IMG/VR virus record: IMGVR_UViG_3300047469_000197 | Coordinates: 31,131 to 95,130 of that record | Direction: 5' to 3' (one strand) | Origin: a virus | DNA length: 64,000 nucleotides | In this document: in pieces, positions 18,722-28,575 of the stretch | Layout of the letters: each line of letters starts with the position of its first letter | Numbering within the stretch: the first letter of the stretch is position 1 | The notes under the pieces: generated by a model | Database searches by the model: none | What the model saw: the letters and a program-made list of their open reading frames with translations, nothing else | What the model was told of the DNA's origin: nothing | Made by a program: the position numbers and the translations under genes

Positions 18722-18984
18722 GCGCGTTGCTCCCTCATCACGTACACGGGCAGCTCCAGGCTGGCAGCGCGATCATGAAACAGGGCCACTGTGCGTGTCG
18801 CTGTGCCACCAGCACCGACCACCTGAACATTCCCGACCGGATGGCCGTAAACGTCAACTACGCGCGCTATAAGCGCCTCAGCGGCGGCGTAAACGTAGGG
18901 GTTTAAATCAGTGCTGCCGTCCGGCTGAGGTTTCTCTGCAAATCCGTTGGCCAGAAACAGCGCTTTTATGTCCTGCCTGTTCAA
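18718..18984 (-). CDS. Conserved phage protein
   Basis: IKALFLANGF.EKPQPDGSTDLNPYVYAAA motif common in phages. Confidence 0.65.
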   Translation of the reverse strand: MNRQDIKALFLANGFAEKPQPDGSTDLNPYVYAAAEALIARVVDVYGHPVGNVQVVGAGGTATRTVALFHDRAASLELPVYVMREQRA

Positions 18985-18987
18985 TCT

Positions 18988-19374
18988 TTACTCCTGAAAT
19001 CCGCGATCGTCGTCATAGCCCACGATTCCGCCATGTGATGCCACCAGCTGCTCTATGAAGGCACGTTCAATGTTTCCCAGAACGTTATCTTCCCCCATCC
19101 GCGCATTCAGTAGTGGGTCATCGTGGCTTGGGAAGCCAATCTCAAAAGCTGTGTAACCGGAAACGTCAGCAAGGCTCTCATTTGGCTGGCAGCTAAACAT
19201 TGCGCTGGCCTGAACGCTCAGGGAGAAGCCATCCGCACATTGTATGCGGCGGTTGAAATAGGATGCCGTGCCGAAAATCTCCATGAGATGGCTGTTGCTC
19301 TTAATGATTTCAGCTTCTTCAGCACACTGGATGCGGCCACCGTTCAACCAGTCGTTTAGCGTCTTTGACATCAT
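18988..19374 (-). CDS. Conserved phage protein
   Basis: RIQCADGFSLSVQAS..EIGFPS..HGGI. Confidence 0.7.
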   Translation of the reverse strand: MMSKTLNDWLNGGRIQCAEEAEIIKSNSHLMEIFGTASYFNRRIQCADGFSLSVQASAMFSCQPNESLADVSGYTAFEIGFPSHDDPLLNARMGEDNVLGNIERAFIEQLVASHGGIVGYDDDRGFQE

Positions 19375-19646
19375 TCACCTCTCTGTTCGGCATACACTAC
19401 GCGAGTAGGCACACCATCTTTCGTGTACCGCTCGTAACCTTCATCGTTAATGGTGCGCCAGCTGTCGCAGTCGGCGTTATCCAGCACCTGATAGATCGGG
19501 TTAGCGAAATCGATATTCACCGGCAGCATTGAGATCTGGCTCTCTGTCCAAGTGCCTTGTTCGATCATGCAGTCACAGCGGCTTTCATGTTCGTCTAAGC
19601 GCTCACATCCGCACCCATCGCAGGTAAAAAGCGTTCTTATCTGCAT
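19371..19646 (-). CDS. Hypothetical protein
   Basis: Coupled ORF with CxxC. Confidence 0.55.
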   Translation of the reverse strand: MQIRTLFTCDGCGCERLDEHESRCDCMIEQGTWTESQISMLPVNIDFANPIYQVLDNADCDSWRTINDEGYERYTKDGVPTRVVYAEQRGE

Positions 19647-19861
19647 CAGATATCCTCATTTCGGCATGAATCTGCCGGATTACCGCATACTGCATCTAAA
19701 TGCTTCTGGATCCACTCGGACAGCTTCAAGCCCTCTTTCTGGGCTTCCGACACATAGCGGTTTTTACGATCGGGGGTGACGCGCATCTGTATCTGAGCTG
19801 TCGCCTGAACATCTCCTTTGAGGGAGTTTAATGCGCGGGGATCGCGTTGTTTGTCACCCAT
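19646..19861 (-). CDS. Ribbon-helix-helix protein
   Basis: QIQMRVTPDRKNRYVSEAQKEGLKLSEWI. Confidence 0.7.
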   Translation of the reverse strand: MGDKQRDPRALNSLKGDVQATAQIQMRVTPDRKNRYVSEAQKEGLKLSEWIQKHLDAVCGNPADSCRNEDI

Positions 19862-19863
19862 AG

Positions 19864-20841
19864 TTACCCTTGTTGGTTTGCAGCCTCAGTAGACGGCAGT
19901 GTGTGGTAGACGTTATTGAAAATGTCAGAGCTAAAGCCCAAGGCGCAATCCATTTCCTCAATGGCTTCCAGCGCGTTCATTGGCGTGCCGTCATCCTGTA
20001 AAATTGAGAAATCATAAGGCAGCACAAAGGAGCCTGCGGTGATGTAGACGATCGCTGGCAAGTCTAATGATTCCGCCTTGCTACCCGTCTCCATGCGCCA
20101 TTCAAAGGCTATCTGATACTCGCCTTCCGTATCGGTAACTGAAGCTGTGCCATACACATCAGCGCCCTCGCGCTTAGTTACCGCGATATTCTGGACGTCC
20201 CACCATTCCAGTTCAAACATATTGCTCAGCGTCATTCTGTGAGCTGGCGAGGTGCCGGGACGCCAGCCAGTCTCCAGAATGTGATTGAACAGGTTCAGGT
20301 AAGGCTCGTTGACATCTTCAAAGGAGCATTCAGTACCAATGTAGCCCGCACAGTGGTGGTTTTTGAGCCATACCAGGGTCGCAAGGTCGCTGCACTGCAC
20401 ATTAACCGTTGCAAGATTGGACTGAATGTCTGCGTAAGCCTCAGCGTCAACAAAGCCGGGTTTCTTACTCTGCTCGATCAAACCAGTCAGGGTGTAAGCC
20501 ATGTGCTGGATTGCGGCGGTAGGCGTCATGGACTCGGCTTCCTTTAAGGGGGCTTTGTATGCCGCTACGGCTTGTGCTAACCAGCCTTCAAAGCGAGCAC
20601 ATATTGAGTTGTTGGGTTCGCGCGACGCGGCTTGATAGAGAGGCTCAACCTGAAAGCGGCCTTCTGCATCTTCCCAAAGCAGGTGGGCTTTATTGCCTGC
20701 ATAACCACATTCGACGGTCGGGGTGAAGCCCTTCGCCAGCAGATCGTTAACGAGGGTGAAGAACGCAGCTTTTAACATCGGTTTCATTGGGTATTCCTTA
20801 GTGCCTGGAGCCGCCAGGGCGGTGGCGCTCGTTAGCGCCAT
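19864..20841 (-). CDS. Hypothetical protein
   Basis: 325-aa ORF in early operon. Confidence 0.65.
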   Translation of the reverse strand: MALTSATALAAPGTKEYPMKPMLKAAFFTLVNDLLAKGFTPTVECGYAGNKAHLLWEDAEGRFQVEPLYQAASREPNNSICARFEGWLAQAVAAYKAPLKEAESMTPTAAIQHMAYTLTGLIEQSKKPGFVDAEAYADIQSNLATVNVQCSDLATLVWLKNHHCAGYIGTECSFEDVNEPYLNLFNHILETGWRPGTSPAHRMTLSNMFELEWWDVQNIAVTKREGADVYGTASVTDTEGEYQIAFEWRMETGSKAESLDLPAIVYITAGSFVLPYDFSILQDDGTPMNALEAIEEMDCALGFSSDIFNNVYHTLPSTEAANQQG

Positions 20842-20859
20842 GGGATGAATGTAATGGGC

Positions 20860-21204
20860 TCAGACTTGCTTGTCAATACAAACAACATAGTCAGCCGGCA
20901 TAGTGATTTTGCTGACTGGCTTTGGGAGTAAAACTTCCACCTTCGAAAAATTGACCTCAGTCTTCTTTTCGGTTGCTTCCAGGCAGACCAGGAACGTGCC
21001 TATCTGCAAGTCCTTACGCCATACGCTGTAGCGATGCCCTAACCCTTCCGGTTGAACCGTTACAGTCACCTGCTCACGGTGCAGCTGCTCAGGGAACTTC
21101 CAGCACCCAAAGTGCCCCATGATTACCAGCTGAAGGCGCTCATCAACCAGCTGCGAAACCTTCGCAATGACCAGGCGCGCATAATCCCGCAATAAGTCAG
21201 TCAT
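20860..21204 (-). CDS. Hypothetical protein
   Basis: Coupled ORF. Confidence 0.55.
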   Translation of the reverse strand: MTDLLRDYARLVIAKVSQLVDERLQLVIMGHFGCWKFPEQLHREQVTVTVQPEGLGHRYSVWRKDLQIGTFLVCLEATEKKTEVNFSKVEVLLPKPVSKITMPADYVVCIDKQV

Positions 21205-21406
21205 GCCATTCGCTCAGCTCTTCTAACACTGCCTCATACGCTTCGTGATGATCCTCAAAGGGTGGCTCGCCCATATACGCCATGCTGTCTACCGTCACTT
21301 TCGCGTTGCTGCGGCAAAAATCACGGTGTTGTTTACGACTCATGGGCCAATCGCTGGTGGCTTTGCGCCAGGCGTGATTAGCCAGCTGCAATTGTGTTTT
21401 AGGCAT
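21197..21406 (-). CDS. Hypothetical phage protein
   Basis: Likely start MPKTQLQLAN. Confidence 0.55.
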   Translation of the reverse strand: MPKTQLQLANHAWRKATSDWPMSRKQHRDFCRSNAKVTVDSMAYMGEPPFEDHHEAYEAVLEELSEWHD

Positions 21407-21644
21407 TGTTTGGCCTCTGCTGAATGTTCGCCCTGAAAAGCCCGCTAATGTGATCAACCAGCTGCATGCCATTAAGCCCCATCAGTCTGAGCGCCACACG
21501 GTCACGGCGATATGCGCACACTTTAGGGCGATTATCATTGCGCTCACGTCCGCGCAGTGATGAGGATGAGTTATACCGTAACAGAAGCGCATTGCTTTGC
21601 TTAAGGTCAGCGGCCACCAGCTGCTGTAGGGTACTACTCGGCAT
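21399..21644 (-). CDS. Hypothetical protein
   Basis: Likely start MPSSTLQQ, overlapping both neighbours. Confidence 0.45.
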   Translation of the reverse strand: MPSSTLQQLVAADLKQSNALLLRYNSSSSLRGRERNDNRPKVCAYRRDRVALRLMGLNGMQLVDHISGLFRANIQQRPNNA

Positions 21645-22356
21645 TCGCCACCTCCTGTGCCAGTCCGTCAATGAACTCAATTACATGGCTTGCAAGGCTG
21701 TTGCAGCCGTCTGCATTCAGGCGGTCACTGACTTCTCGCCAGCGGTCATAAGCTTCGTTGCGTTGCGGGTCTTCTATGTACTTCACGATGTTATCTAACG
21801 CATTCTTGCTGCCCTGATGGCACTCACGCGCTTCCAGTACTGCAATGCGCGCCTGTGCTTCTTTGTATGCTTCCACCAACGCCGGTGGTGATGTGGGAAT
21901 GCCCTTCAGCTTGTCCACGATGCAGTAAGCGATCTGCTCGCGTAGCTGGTGGGTATGGCCGTAAGTTTTAGCGATATCACGCAACTGGTTAACGGTTTCG
22001 CGGATTTCATGATCAGTAATCGGCTGAATATGGCTCTTGGCCACCAGCTCTGTGATGGCTGATTCCAGACGTTTCCCCAATGGCGTCTTGGTACAATGCT
22101 CAGCCCATTCGTTACTGTCGAGAAGGCCAAGTACTGCCTGAACGTCATCAGCCAGTGGCCGGGTAACATAATCCATCAACGGATTTGTGGCGTCATGAAT
22201 ATGCATTGCGGCGCCACGGCGCTGAAGGCGGTGCAATACGGTGTAAAGCGCGAATGCTTCCGTGCGTTCGCGCCCGACTTCCAATGAGCAGGCGACCTTG
22301 TGAGCATCGCTTGCCAGATGATCAAGACGGTCGTAAATGTCTTGTGACGTCATCAT
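21634..22356 (-). CDS. Mosaic phage early protein
   Basis: ITDHEIRETVNQLRDIAKTYGHTHQLRE segment typical of phage early proteins. Confidence 0.6.
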   Translation of the reverse strand: MMTSQDIYDRLDHLASDAHKVACSLEVGRERTEAFALYTVLHRLQRRGAAMHIHDATNPLMDYVTRPLADDVQAVLGLLDSNEWAEHCTKTPLGKRLESAITELVAKSHIQPITDHEIRETVNQLRDIAKTYGHTHQLREQIAYCIVDKLKGIPTSPPALVEAYKEAQARIAVLEARECHQGSKNALDNIVKYIEDPQRNEAYDRWREVSDRLNADGCNSLASHVIEFIDGLAQEVANAE

Positions 22357-22541
22357 TCACCCACCCACGTTTCAGGCCAGCCAGAAACAACACCGGCGCA
22401 CGTCGGCACGGACTCTTTGGGGTTGCGCTGTTGGTGAGCATCACGCGCCATGTCTTCCGCCTGGCGCCGGTCATTGGCCTTAACACGGCAATGCCTGAAG
22501 CCGCTATCAGCTACTAAAATCACTGTGAATTGCCTGGCCAT
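22353..22541 (-). CDS. Hypothetical protein
   Basis: Coupled 62-aa ORF. Confidence 0.5.
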   Translation of the reverse strand: MARQFTVILVADSGFRHCRVKANDRRQAEDMARDAHQQRNPKESVPTCAGVVSGWPETWVGE

Positions 22542-22844
22542 CTACTTTTCTTCTCCGTGCGCATTAATTCCATGGTTTGCGAGGAAGCCCACCAGCAGCT
22601 CTTTTGCTTCGTCGCTGCAGTGCGACATTGCGTCCGCCCACGTTGGCCAGCGCTGATGATCCGCAAAGAATGAATACTGATAGTGAAGCGAATCCCGGTT
22701 ATGCGGCATACCTTCCTCATGCTTACAGGCGCATTGCGGACAGGTTCCCGAAGGCGCGGGAACGATCGCTAACTGGCTATCCTTGTGAGACACCTGTCGG
22801 GTTTGGGTGTCGTACATCGATACGTTAATCGGAATGGTTTTCAT
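22542..22844 (-). CDS. Zn-binding phage protein
   Basis: CPQCACKH..PHN..SLHYQY..RWPTWADAMSHC. Confidence 0.65.
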   Translation of the reverse strand: MKTIPINVSMYDTQTRQVSHKDSQLAIVPAPSGTCPQCACKHEEGMPHNRDSLHYQYSFFADHQRWPTWADAMSHCSDEAKELLVGFLANHGINAHGEEK

Positions 22845-22846
22845 GC

Positions 22847-23116
22847 TTATCCCGCCGTGCTGTGAACTGCATTGGGGAAATCCAGCGTTTCGCCGCCGAA
22901 GTCCGCCTTGAGACGACTCACGGCGCTACACCACTCGCCGCCGTTCTTACTCTGATCGTCGTCTATCTCGTCTTCACGGGTCGCATCATGCAGGCAGAGC
23001 TGCGAGTCGCCGATGGTATAAAAGCCGATGCGCGTTGAAGGGCAGCTGTTAAGCATGTCCTGTAGCTCGTTAAGCCAGGCGCGTTCTGCTTTCGTAAGGG
23101 GTTTAGTTTTTGCCAT
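22847..23116 (-). CDS. Conserved phage protein
   Basis: LTKAERAWL..LQ..L..CPS.RIGFYTIGD..VHSTAG. Confidence 0.7.
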   Translation of the reverse strand: MAKTKPLTKAERAWLNELQDMLNSCPSTRIGFYTIGDSQLCLHDATREDEIDDDQSKNGGEWCSAVSRLKADFGGETLDFPNAVHSTAG

Positions 23117-23589
23117 TACTCGCCGTCCTTCTTGAATGTGAACCAGTGTGTTAAACCGCGTTTGCCACTGTTGTGGCCAAACAGGGGCTTTTGGGTGGTC
23201 AGCGCTAAAATTTCCTGCACCGGGATGTGCGTTTCATTCCATTTGAAGATGAGAACGCCGTGAGGCTTCAGCACCCTGAATGCCTCAGCAAACCCGGCGC
23301 GCAGGTCTTCGCGCCAGGTGCCTTTGTTGAGCGCCCCGTACTTCAAACGCTGCCAGCCTTTTTCACCGGCGCGCGTGAGGTGCGGCGGATCGAATGCCAC
23401 CACGTAAAAAGATTCATCCGCAAACGGCAGTTCGCGAAAGTCGGCAATGGTGTCCGGGGAGATAACCAGCTCCCGATCGGGCAGCTGGTGGGTTTCCGCC
23501 CGAATATCGGAGAAAAGTACACGCGGATCCGCTTTGTTGAACCACATCATGCGTGGACCACAGCACATGTCTAAAACGTCCTTCTCCAT
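23116..23589 (-). CDS. Small class I SAM-dependent, probable DNA amino-methyltransferase
   Basis: VLDMCCGPRMMWF, FDPPHL, FRVLKPHGVLIFKWNE. Confidence 0.85.
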   Translation of the reverse strand: MEKDVLDMCCGPRMMWFNKADPRVLFSDIRAETHQLPDRELVISPDTIADFRELPFADESFYVVAFDPPHLTRAGEKGWQRLKYGALNKGTWREDLRAGFAEAFRVLKPHGVLIFKWNETHIPVQEILALTTQKPLFGHNSGKRGLTHWFTFKKDGE

Positions 23590-24224
23590 CAGCGCGCGCC
23601 CTCGCAGAAATAATCGTTACAGCCGGTGAAATTGTAGGGATCGAACTGCCAGCTGATTTTTCCGCATTCCGGGCAGTTAAAGCGGACCTTGCCGCTGCTG
23701 GGCTTACGGCGTCGAATCCGCCTGATATGATCGGGAACGCGCAAACCCACTGCCTGAACCATGCGGCGAGCATTGAAGAGCGGGAGTGGGAATGTGCGCC
23801 GCTTAACTTTGTCAGCCACATGGAAAGGCAACCACACCAGCCCGTCCTGATCGCCTGGCTCCGGGTAGATGGTTGCTTTGGTGAAATCGGTTGTGGGCAT
23901 GCCGCCATTACGCAGCCAGTAAAGGTCGTTGCCGTCCCAGCGTTGCTTTTGAAATGCGACGTACTGGATGCACCCCTGCTCAATGGTGGTCTTGTACGGC
24001 ACGTGCTGGTGATCGACGTGGATCACGGCCAGCGCATCCACACTGGTAGCGCAGACGGGCTGGTCTATCTCGCGGCCATGGTTCCAGGCGCGCTGCGCCT
24101 CTTCGAGCGTATAAGAGTGCGCCTTATCAATATTGGTGTTGTAGCCCTGACCGTTATGGCAGTGAAATGCGGCATTACTGCCCACGCTGTCGCGGGTGCA
24201 GATGAGGTAAAAGCGGTCTTTCAT
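23589..24224 (-). CDS. Conserved phage protein with C-terminal zinc ribbon
   Basis: Likely start MKDRFYLIC; GYNTNIDKAH, WDGNDLYW, CPECG. Confidence 0.7.
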   Translation of the reverse strand: MKDRFYLICTRDSVGSNAAFHCHNGQGYNTNIDKAHSYTLEEAQRAWNHGREIDQPVCATSVDALAVIHVDHQHVPYKTTIEQGCIQYVAFQKQRWDGNDLYWLRNGGMPTTDFTKATIYPEPGDQDGLVWLPFHVADKVKRRTFPLPLFNARRMVQAVGLRVPDHIRRIRRRKPSSGKVRFNCPECGKISWQFDPYNFTGCNDYFCEGAR

Positions 24225-24916
24225 GCCACCAGCTCCCGCATGTTGATTGACTTGGTCACGGCAGCAACGGCCATTTTTTTCAGATCGTATTTTCTGATAC
24301 CCCATTGGATGGCGTAGCACAGCCACAGGAAGCTCGGACGCAGGCGGCGGGCGCTCACGTCATACCATTCGTCACCGAAAATTTCGTAGCAGCCCTCCAT
24401 GTCACGCACCATGGCCATTGCTTCATGCTCATCGTAAGAGATATTCAGAATCTGATTTATTTCGTAGGTGTATTGCTCCACCAGCTGAGCGCTTTCACTG
24501 CTGGCATCCGCCAGCTCTTCAGGATCGAACTCCTGACTTGCTTTCCAGCCGTCAAAGGCTGTGTTGACGTTATTTTCAAACCCTTCAGCATCCCATTCAA
24601 AGCAGTTAGCCCTGGCGGTGCCGCTCAGGCCTTCCGATTTCCCAGACCAATAGTCCGGATTGGTTGATAGATCGGCCTCCGGGTGGTCGGTGCGGAAGAA
24701 GTCGAACATGTCATCCAGGCGGCGGAATGTCATTGTGCCGGCATCACCATAAACAGTGAGGTGCCCCGGCCACGTGACCAGGCCAAAGAGATAAATGCTG
24801 CTCCCCGGACGACAAAGGACAATGTGGCGATGTACGCCGTCATCCTGGATGATCTGGAGCTGGTGGCGATCGGTGTCGGTCAGGAACGCTTTGAGAACAT
24901 CAACTTTTAGGCTCAT
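24221..24916 (-). CDS. Conserved phage protein
   Basis: DDGVHRH..PGSS.Y.F.LVTWPGHL...GD.GT..F.RL.DMF.FFR..FLWLCYAIQWGI. Confidence 0.75.
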   Translation of the reverse strand: MSLKVDVLKAFLTDTDRHQLQIIQDDGVHRHIVLCRPGSSIYLFGLVTWPGHLTVYGDAGTMTFRRLDDMFDFFRTDHPEADLSTNPDYWSGKSEGLSGTARANCFEWDAEGFENNVNTAFDGWKASQEFDPEELADASSESAQLVEQYTYEINQILNISYDEHEAMAMVRDMEGCYEIFGDEWYDVSARRLRPSFLWLCYAIQWGIRKYDLKKMAVAAVTKSINMRELVA

Positions 24917-25128
24917 CAGATATACCCCTCGCTGATCAGCTCAGTGAGAGTTACACCAAGGGCAGCGGCGTACTTTTCGCAAGTTGTGATTGTTGGCTGT
25001 CCACGGCTAATCGTGTCCGACACTGTACGCGCCGTTACTCCCAGCATGGAGGCCATCTCGGTTTGCTTCATTTTCTGGCGGCGCATCAGCTTACGGACGG
25101 CCAGGTTGAAAGAAAAATTACTTTTCAT
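24916..25128 (-). CDS. XRE HTH protein
   Basis: MKQTEMASMLGVTARTVS..PTITT. Confidence 0.8.
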   Translation of the reverse strand: MKSNFSFNLAVRKLMRRQKMKQTEMASMLGVTARTVSDTISRGQPTITTCEKYAAALGVTLTELISEGYI

Positions 25129-25397
25129 TTAGACTCCGCCGCGCCAATCAGGCCGCGCATCTGGCTTTGGAACTGGTGAATGCCCGCGTTGCGGCCACTC
25201 TCGAAGGCGTGCTTGGTTGCGCTGCCAATAACAGCCACCAGCTGAGGGATAAGTGCGTCAGGGGTGCCAGCAGGCAAGGTGCAGCTTAAATCCCCCTGGT
25301 CATCATAGATTTCAAATGAGCCGTCTTTCCGGCCAACTGCTGTGTGTGACTGCCCCACCGCAAATGTGCAGGTGTAGGATTTATTTTTATCTGTCAT
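25125..25397 (-). CDS. Hypothetical protein
   Basis: ORF preceded by AAAGGTCGCCAA motif. Confidence 0.6.
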   Translation of the reverse strand: MTDKNKSYTCTFAVGQSHTAVGRKDGSFEIYDDQGDLSCTLPAGTPDALIPQLVAVIGSATKHAFESGRNAGIHQFQSQMRGLIGAAESK

Positions 25398-25483
25398 AGG
25401 TTGGCGACCTTTTTACTGATTGTGGAGCGCGCCGAACGGGGTCAGCGCGTAGTGTGGAAAGATTTCCTGTGTACAGCCGTTAC

Positions 25484-25858
25484 TCACCATTCTTCGCCCA
25501 TGGCTTCTGGCGGCGAGGTATCAATCAGAGCTATCGCATCATCGTAATCTGACGCCTTAATCTGGCCGCTACTCATCGAAAGGCGCATGAACACATTCGA
25601 CTGACCGTTTGCTAACAGGTATGCCGTAGCGCCTGCGCAGTGGGCCTCCTTACCGGATGGGTGGTAATGGTCGCCGCATTCTGAGTTTTCGCCGCCCGTG
25701 GCGTAGGTGGTTTTATGGCACGGGAAAGAAGCAAAACTGTTACCCAGTAGCTCCGCCTTGATGCCGTCCAGCCTTCCCGGATTGAGTTCTATGCCGCCTT
25801 CGCTCAGGAACGGGCAATTTGCACAGGGCTTTTTGAGCGCAAAATATCGATCACTCAT
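25484..25858 (-). CDS. Cys/His zinc-binding phage protein
   Basis: KKPCANCPF..FPCHKT..HCAGA. Confidence 0.7.
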   Translation of the reverse strand: MSDRYFALKKPCANCPFLSEGGIELNPGRLDGIKAELLGNSFASFPCHKTTYATGGENSECGDHYHPSGKEAHCAGATAYLLANGQSNVFMRLSMSSGQIKASDYDDAIALIDTSPPEAMGEEW

Positions 25859-26067
25859 GTGCGCTTGAACTCAAATACTTTGTCTACATCGAATGCCCGC
25901 ATGATTTCATCGTCGAAGCCATAACGGCCCATGACTTCAGCTGCGGCGCGTTCCATCTCGGCGCAAAAAGCCTGATAACCGCCTTCCTTCATTTTGTTTG
26001 TCCACCAGTCGAGGGCATTACTCGCTGTCGGCGTGAACTTGGCGGTCAGGTGCTGTTTCTGGCTCAT
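25855..26067 (-). CDS. Hypothetical protein
   Basis: Likely start MSQKQHL, ATGA coupling. Confidence 0.55.
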   Translation of the reverse strand: MSQKQHLTAKFTPTASNALDWWTNKMKEGGYQAFCAEMERAAAEVMGRYGFDDEIMRAFDVDKVFEFKRT

Positions 26068-27164
26068 GCTGCTTCCTCTGGTTCGCAAATCTCGTCTTCT
26101 GGCGCACAAATTGAAATGGTGAACGGGTTTTCAATATCTTTAACCTGTCGCTCGTCGACTTTAACCAGTCGCTTACGCATCGCTTTTAGTACTGTCAGTG
26201 CCAGCTGGTAGCGCTTTGGATCAAACGCCTGCATATGCGTGATTCCCCGCACAATATCCAACACATCGTAGTGATACATGGCGTTGACCATCTCCAGCCA
26301 GGCGGCGAACTCGTTAACGGAACGGGTGGCCACCTGATATGCGCTTAATACTTCCTCGCGGCTGATTTCAGCGGGGATCTCTTTCAGCTGCTCCAGCGCT
26401 CTTTCAATGACCGGGAGACGTAACGCCGTTGTGTTTCCGACCAACATGAAACCCAGATATGCCTCCAGGCTGCCGAATGTCTCTAACACTCGTTTTGCGT
26501 AATCCGGGGTGATCTGGCCTATCGGGATAGCCAGGCGATGCGATTTAACGCACTTAGCCCAGTGTTCCTCTGCTGCCTGATGACAAAGAGCGCGACCTTT
26601 AACCGGATGGCCATACGGATCCTTATAGGGAACGCGTGCGATGGAGATCCGCTGCGGCTTGGTGCGGTCTTTATCGACAAATAGCGCATCGAGAACTTCC
26701 GCCTCCATTTTGTTGATCACCAGCTGGCGGTGTGCACGTCGAACGCCGCCACGCTTCGCGCTCAGCGCCTTGGCCGGGTAGGTGTTTTTTACAGGTGCAG
26801 GGCTTCGCTCGATGGCTCTGGCTAAAGCTTCTTCAGCCTTGTTGAGCTCAATCTGGGCTTTCATCACTGCGCTGGCGTCAGGGACAACGTTGTCCTTGGT
26901 GATGCGCTTTTTCAGGTCCGGCGCGGCGAGCTTTGCCTCTTTCCAGTCGGCCATGAAATCAGAGCGAAGCGTGAAATTGATTTTAAAGAAATGCCGGGTA
27001 GTGCCTGCGGCTGCACCGGCTTCTGTGATGCCCATTGAGGCGTAGCGCTTGGAGAGTCGGCTGGTCGCGAACTCAATAAATTCGGCTGGCCCCTCAATGC
27101 ACATAATCATCAAAGCGTGGCGGGCTTTAAGCCCCTTCTCTATCACAACATACGCTTTTGCCAT
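26064..27164 (-). CDS. Early protein whose N-terminal domain is shared with DarA
   Basis: First gene after operator 27240-27256; IEGPAEFIEFA..LSK..FMADWKEAK. Confidence 0.75.
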   Translation of the reverse strand: MAKAYVVIEKGLKARHALMIMCIEGPAEFIEFATSRLSKRYASMGITEAGAAAGTTRHFFKINFTLRSDFMADWKEAKLAAPDLKKRITKDNVVPDASAVMKAQIELNKAEEALARAIERSPAPVKNTYPAKALSAKRGGVRRAHRQLVINKMEAEVLDALFVDKDRTKPQRISIARVPYKDPYGHPVKGRALCHQAAEEHWAKCVKSHRLAIPIGQITPDYAKRVLETFGSLEAYLGFMLVGNTTALRLPVIERALEQLKEIPAEISREEVLSAYQVATRSVNEFAAWLEMVNAMYHYDVLDIVRGITHMQAFDPKRYQLALTVLKAMRKRLVKVDERQVKDIENPFTISICAPEDEICEPEEAA

Positions 27165-27430
27165 GAGTGAGTGTTCCTGTTGTTAGCTGTGTTTGGCGGA
27201 AAACAACTATAACTATTCCTAAAAGACTTATGCAAGATAAATTTAGTATTGTATGTCATTGCTTTTCGATTCCTTAACACAGCATATAGAGGCATAAACA
27301 ATTAAAAGGAGCTTTTATTTAGTACCCTAGTAGCACTTTTTGCTTAAGATTAATCCTTGCCAGCATGCTCAGCAGAGCATATATTAATGGCTCAGCGGCA
27401 GATGTCGCCAACAACCTTAGAGAAACGAAA

Positions 27431-28246
27431 ATGAACGTTACTATCGCCGCTAAAACTTTCCAGATTGCACAAGCCGCTTACCTGAACCTGAGCAAGAAAA
27501 ACGAAACTCTGCGCAGCACTAAAGCGCTCATCAATGAAAAGCTGGACGAAGTACGCAGTAGCGGCCAGTTTTCACAAGCTAATAACCTGGACATGTATCA
27601 CGTGTTCAAAAGCGTCCTTATGGCTCACCGCGTTGAAGCCGCCCGCAACGCGCTTAAGGATCAAATGCATGGCGCTCGCCTGTGCCTGATGCTGGGCGAC
27701 CACTCCAGGTTGTCTGAGACGCAGCCTGTCGTTGTTTCTTATCAGCTCATCCTTGAGGCAATCGCACTTGCCAAGCACCTGATGGACGCTTGCGGCTGGC
27801 CTTTTGAAGATGCAGCTGCTGAGTTCTCAGGCCGCACCGGCATGGTGTACGAACCCACGTCCAAGGCAGATTTCATGCAGTACCTGTCAGTTAACCTGGA
27901 GAACTGCACGGACGAATCAACTGAAGCAAAAAAGCCAGCTAAGGCACCAGTCACTCCGACAGACCAAAAGGTCTGCCGCATCAGCGCGCGTGTGGCATTT
28001 CTGGAGGCTTACGCCACTGAGATTGGTGATAACCCTACTTCACAGGAAAACACGCTTCTGCGTCTGTTTGTGCGCGCTGGCGACCAGTTGCCAATTGATG
28101 GCGGTAAAGCGTGGTTTTACAGATCTTGGCGGCAGGTCGACATTATCCGCGGGGATGATGGCGGCTACGACATGATGGTGTGGGAGATGATCAATAAAGA
28201 CACCGCCACTCACGCAGTAGTAGAGCGCCTGATTATCGAAGCCTGA
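27431..28246 (+). CDS. Hypothetical protein under palindromic operator
   Basis: Likely start MNVTIAAK at 27431; TTGCCA..TATATT promoter with embedded palindrome upstream. Confidence 0.75.
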   Translation: MNVTIAAKTFQIAQAAYLNLSKKNETLRSTKALINEKLDEVRSSGQFSQANNLDMYHVFKSVLMAHRVEAARNALKDQMHGARLCLMLGDHSRLSETQPVVVSYQLILEAIALAKHLMDACGWPFEDAAAEFSGRTGMVYEPTSKADFMQYLSVNLENCTDESTEAKKPAKAPVTPTDQKVCRISARVAFLEAYATEIGDNPTSQENTLLRLFVRAGDQLPIDGGKAWFYRSWRQVDIIRGDDGGYDMMVWEMINKDTATHAVVERLIIEA

Positions 28247-28304
28247 TGAATTAACACCATTACGCCCCACCAGCTGGTGGCGCTTTACTACAGCAGGAGC
28301 AGCA

Positions 28305-28514
28305 ATGAAAAAGTTCATCCAGAAAAGAGCCGCCGAGCTTATCCCTGGCGATGTCGTGGTGATGGCTAATGAGGTTGAGATACGCGTCCAGACGTGTAGC
28401 GTGACCAGTATTGCTGTGACGGTGAAAGATACGAATAACAACACCCGTGAGTGGTCACCATCGTATATCTGTTACACACTGAACCCGAAGCATCCGGAGT
28501 TTGGAACGCCGTGA
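28305..28514 (+). CDS. Small beta-rich protein
   Basis: AGGAG RBS; followed by terminator. Confidence 0.65.
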   Translation: MKKFIQKRAAELIPGDVVVMANEVEIRVQTCSVTSIAVTVKDTNNNTREWSPSYICYTLNPKHPEFGTP

Positions 28515-28520
28515 ACAAAG

Positions 28521-28543
28521 AACCCGCAAGCGCGGGTTTTTTA
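28521..28543 (+). terminator. Intrinsic terminator
   Basis: AACCCGC-AAGC-GCGGGTT followed by TTTT. Confidence 0.75.
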
Positions 28544-28575
28544 TGGGACAAAGGAATAGCCGCCCTGATGGGCGG

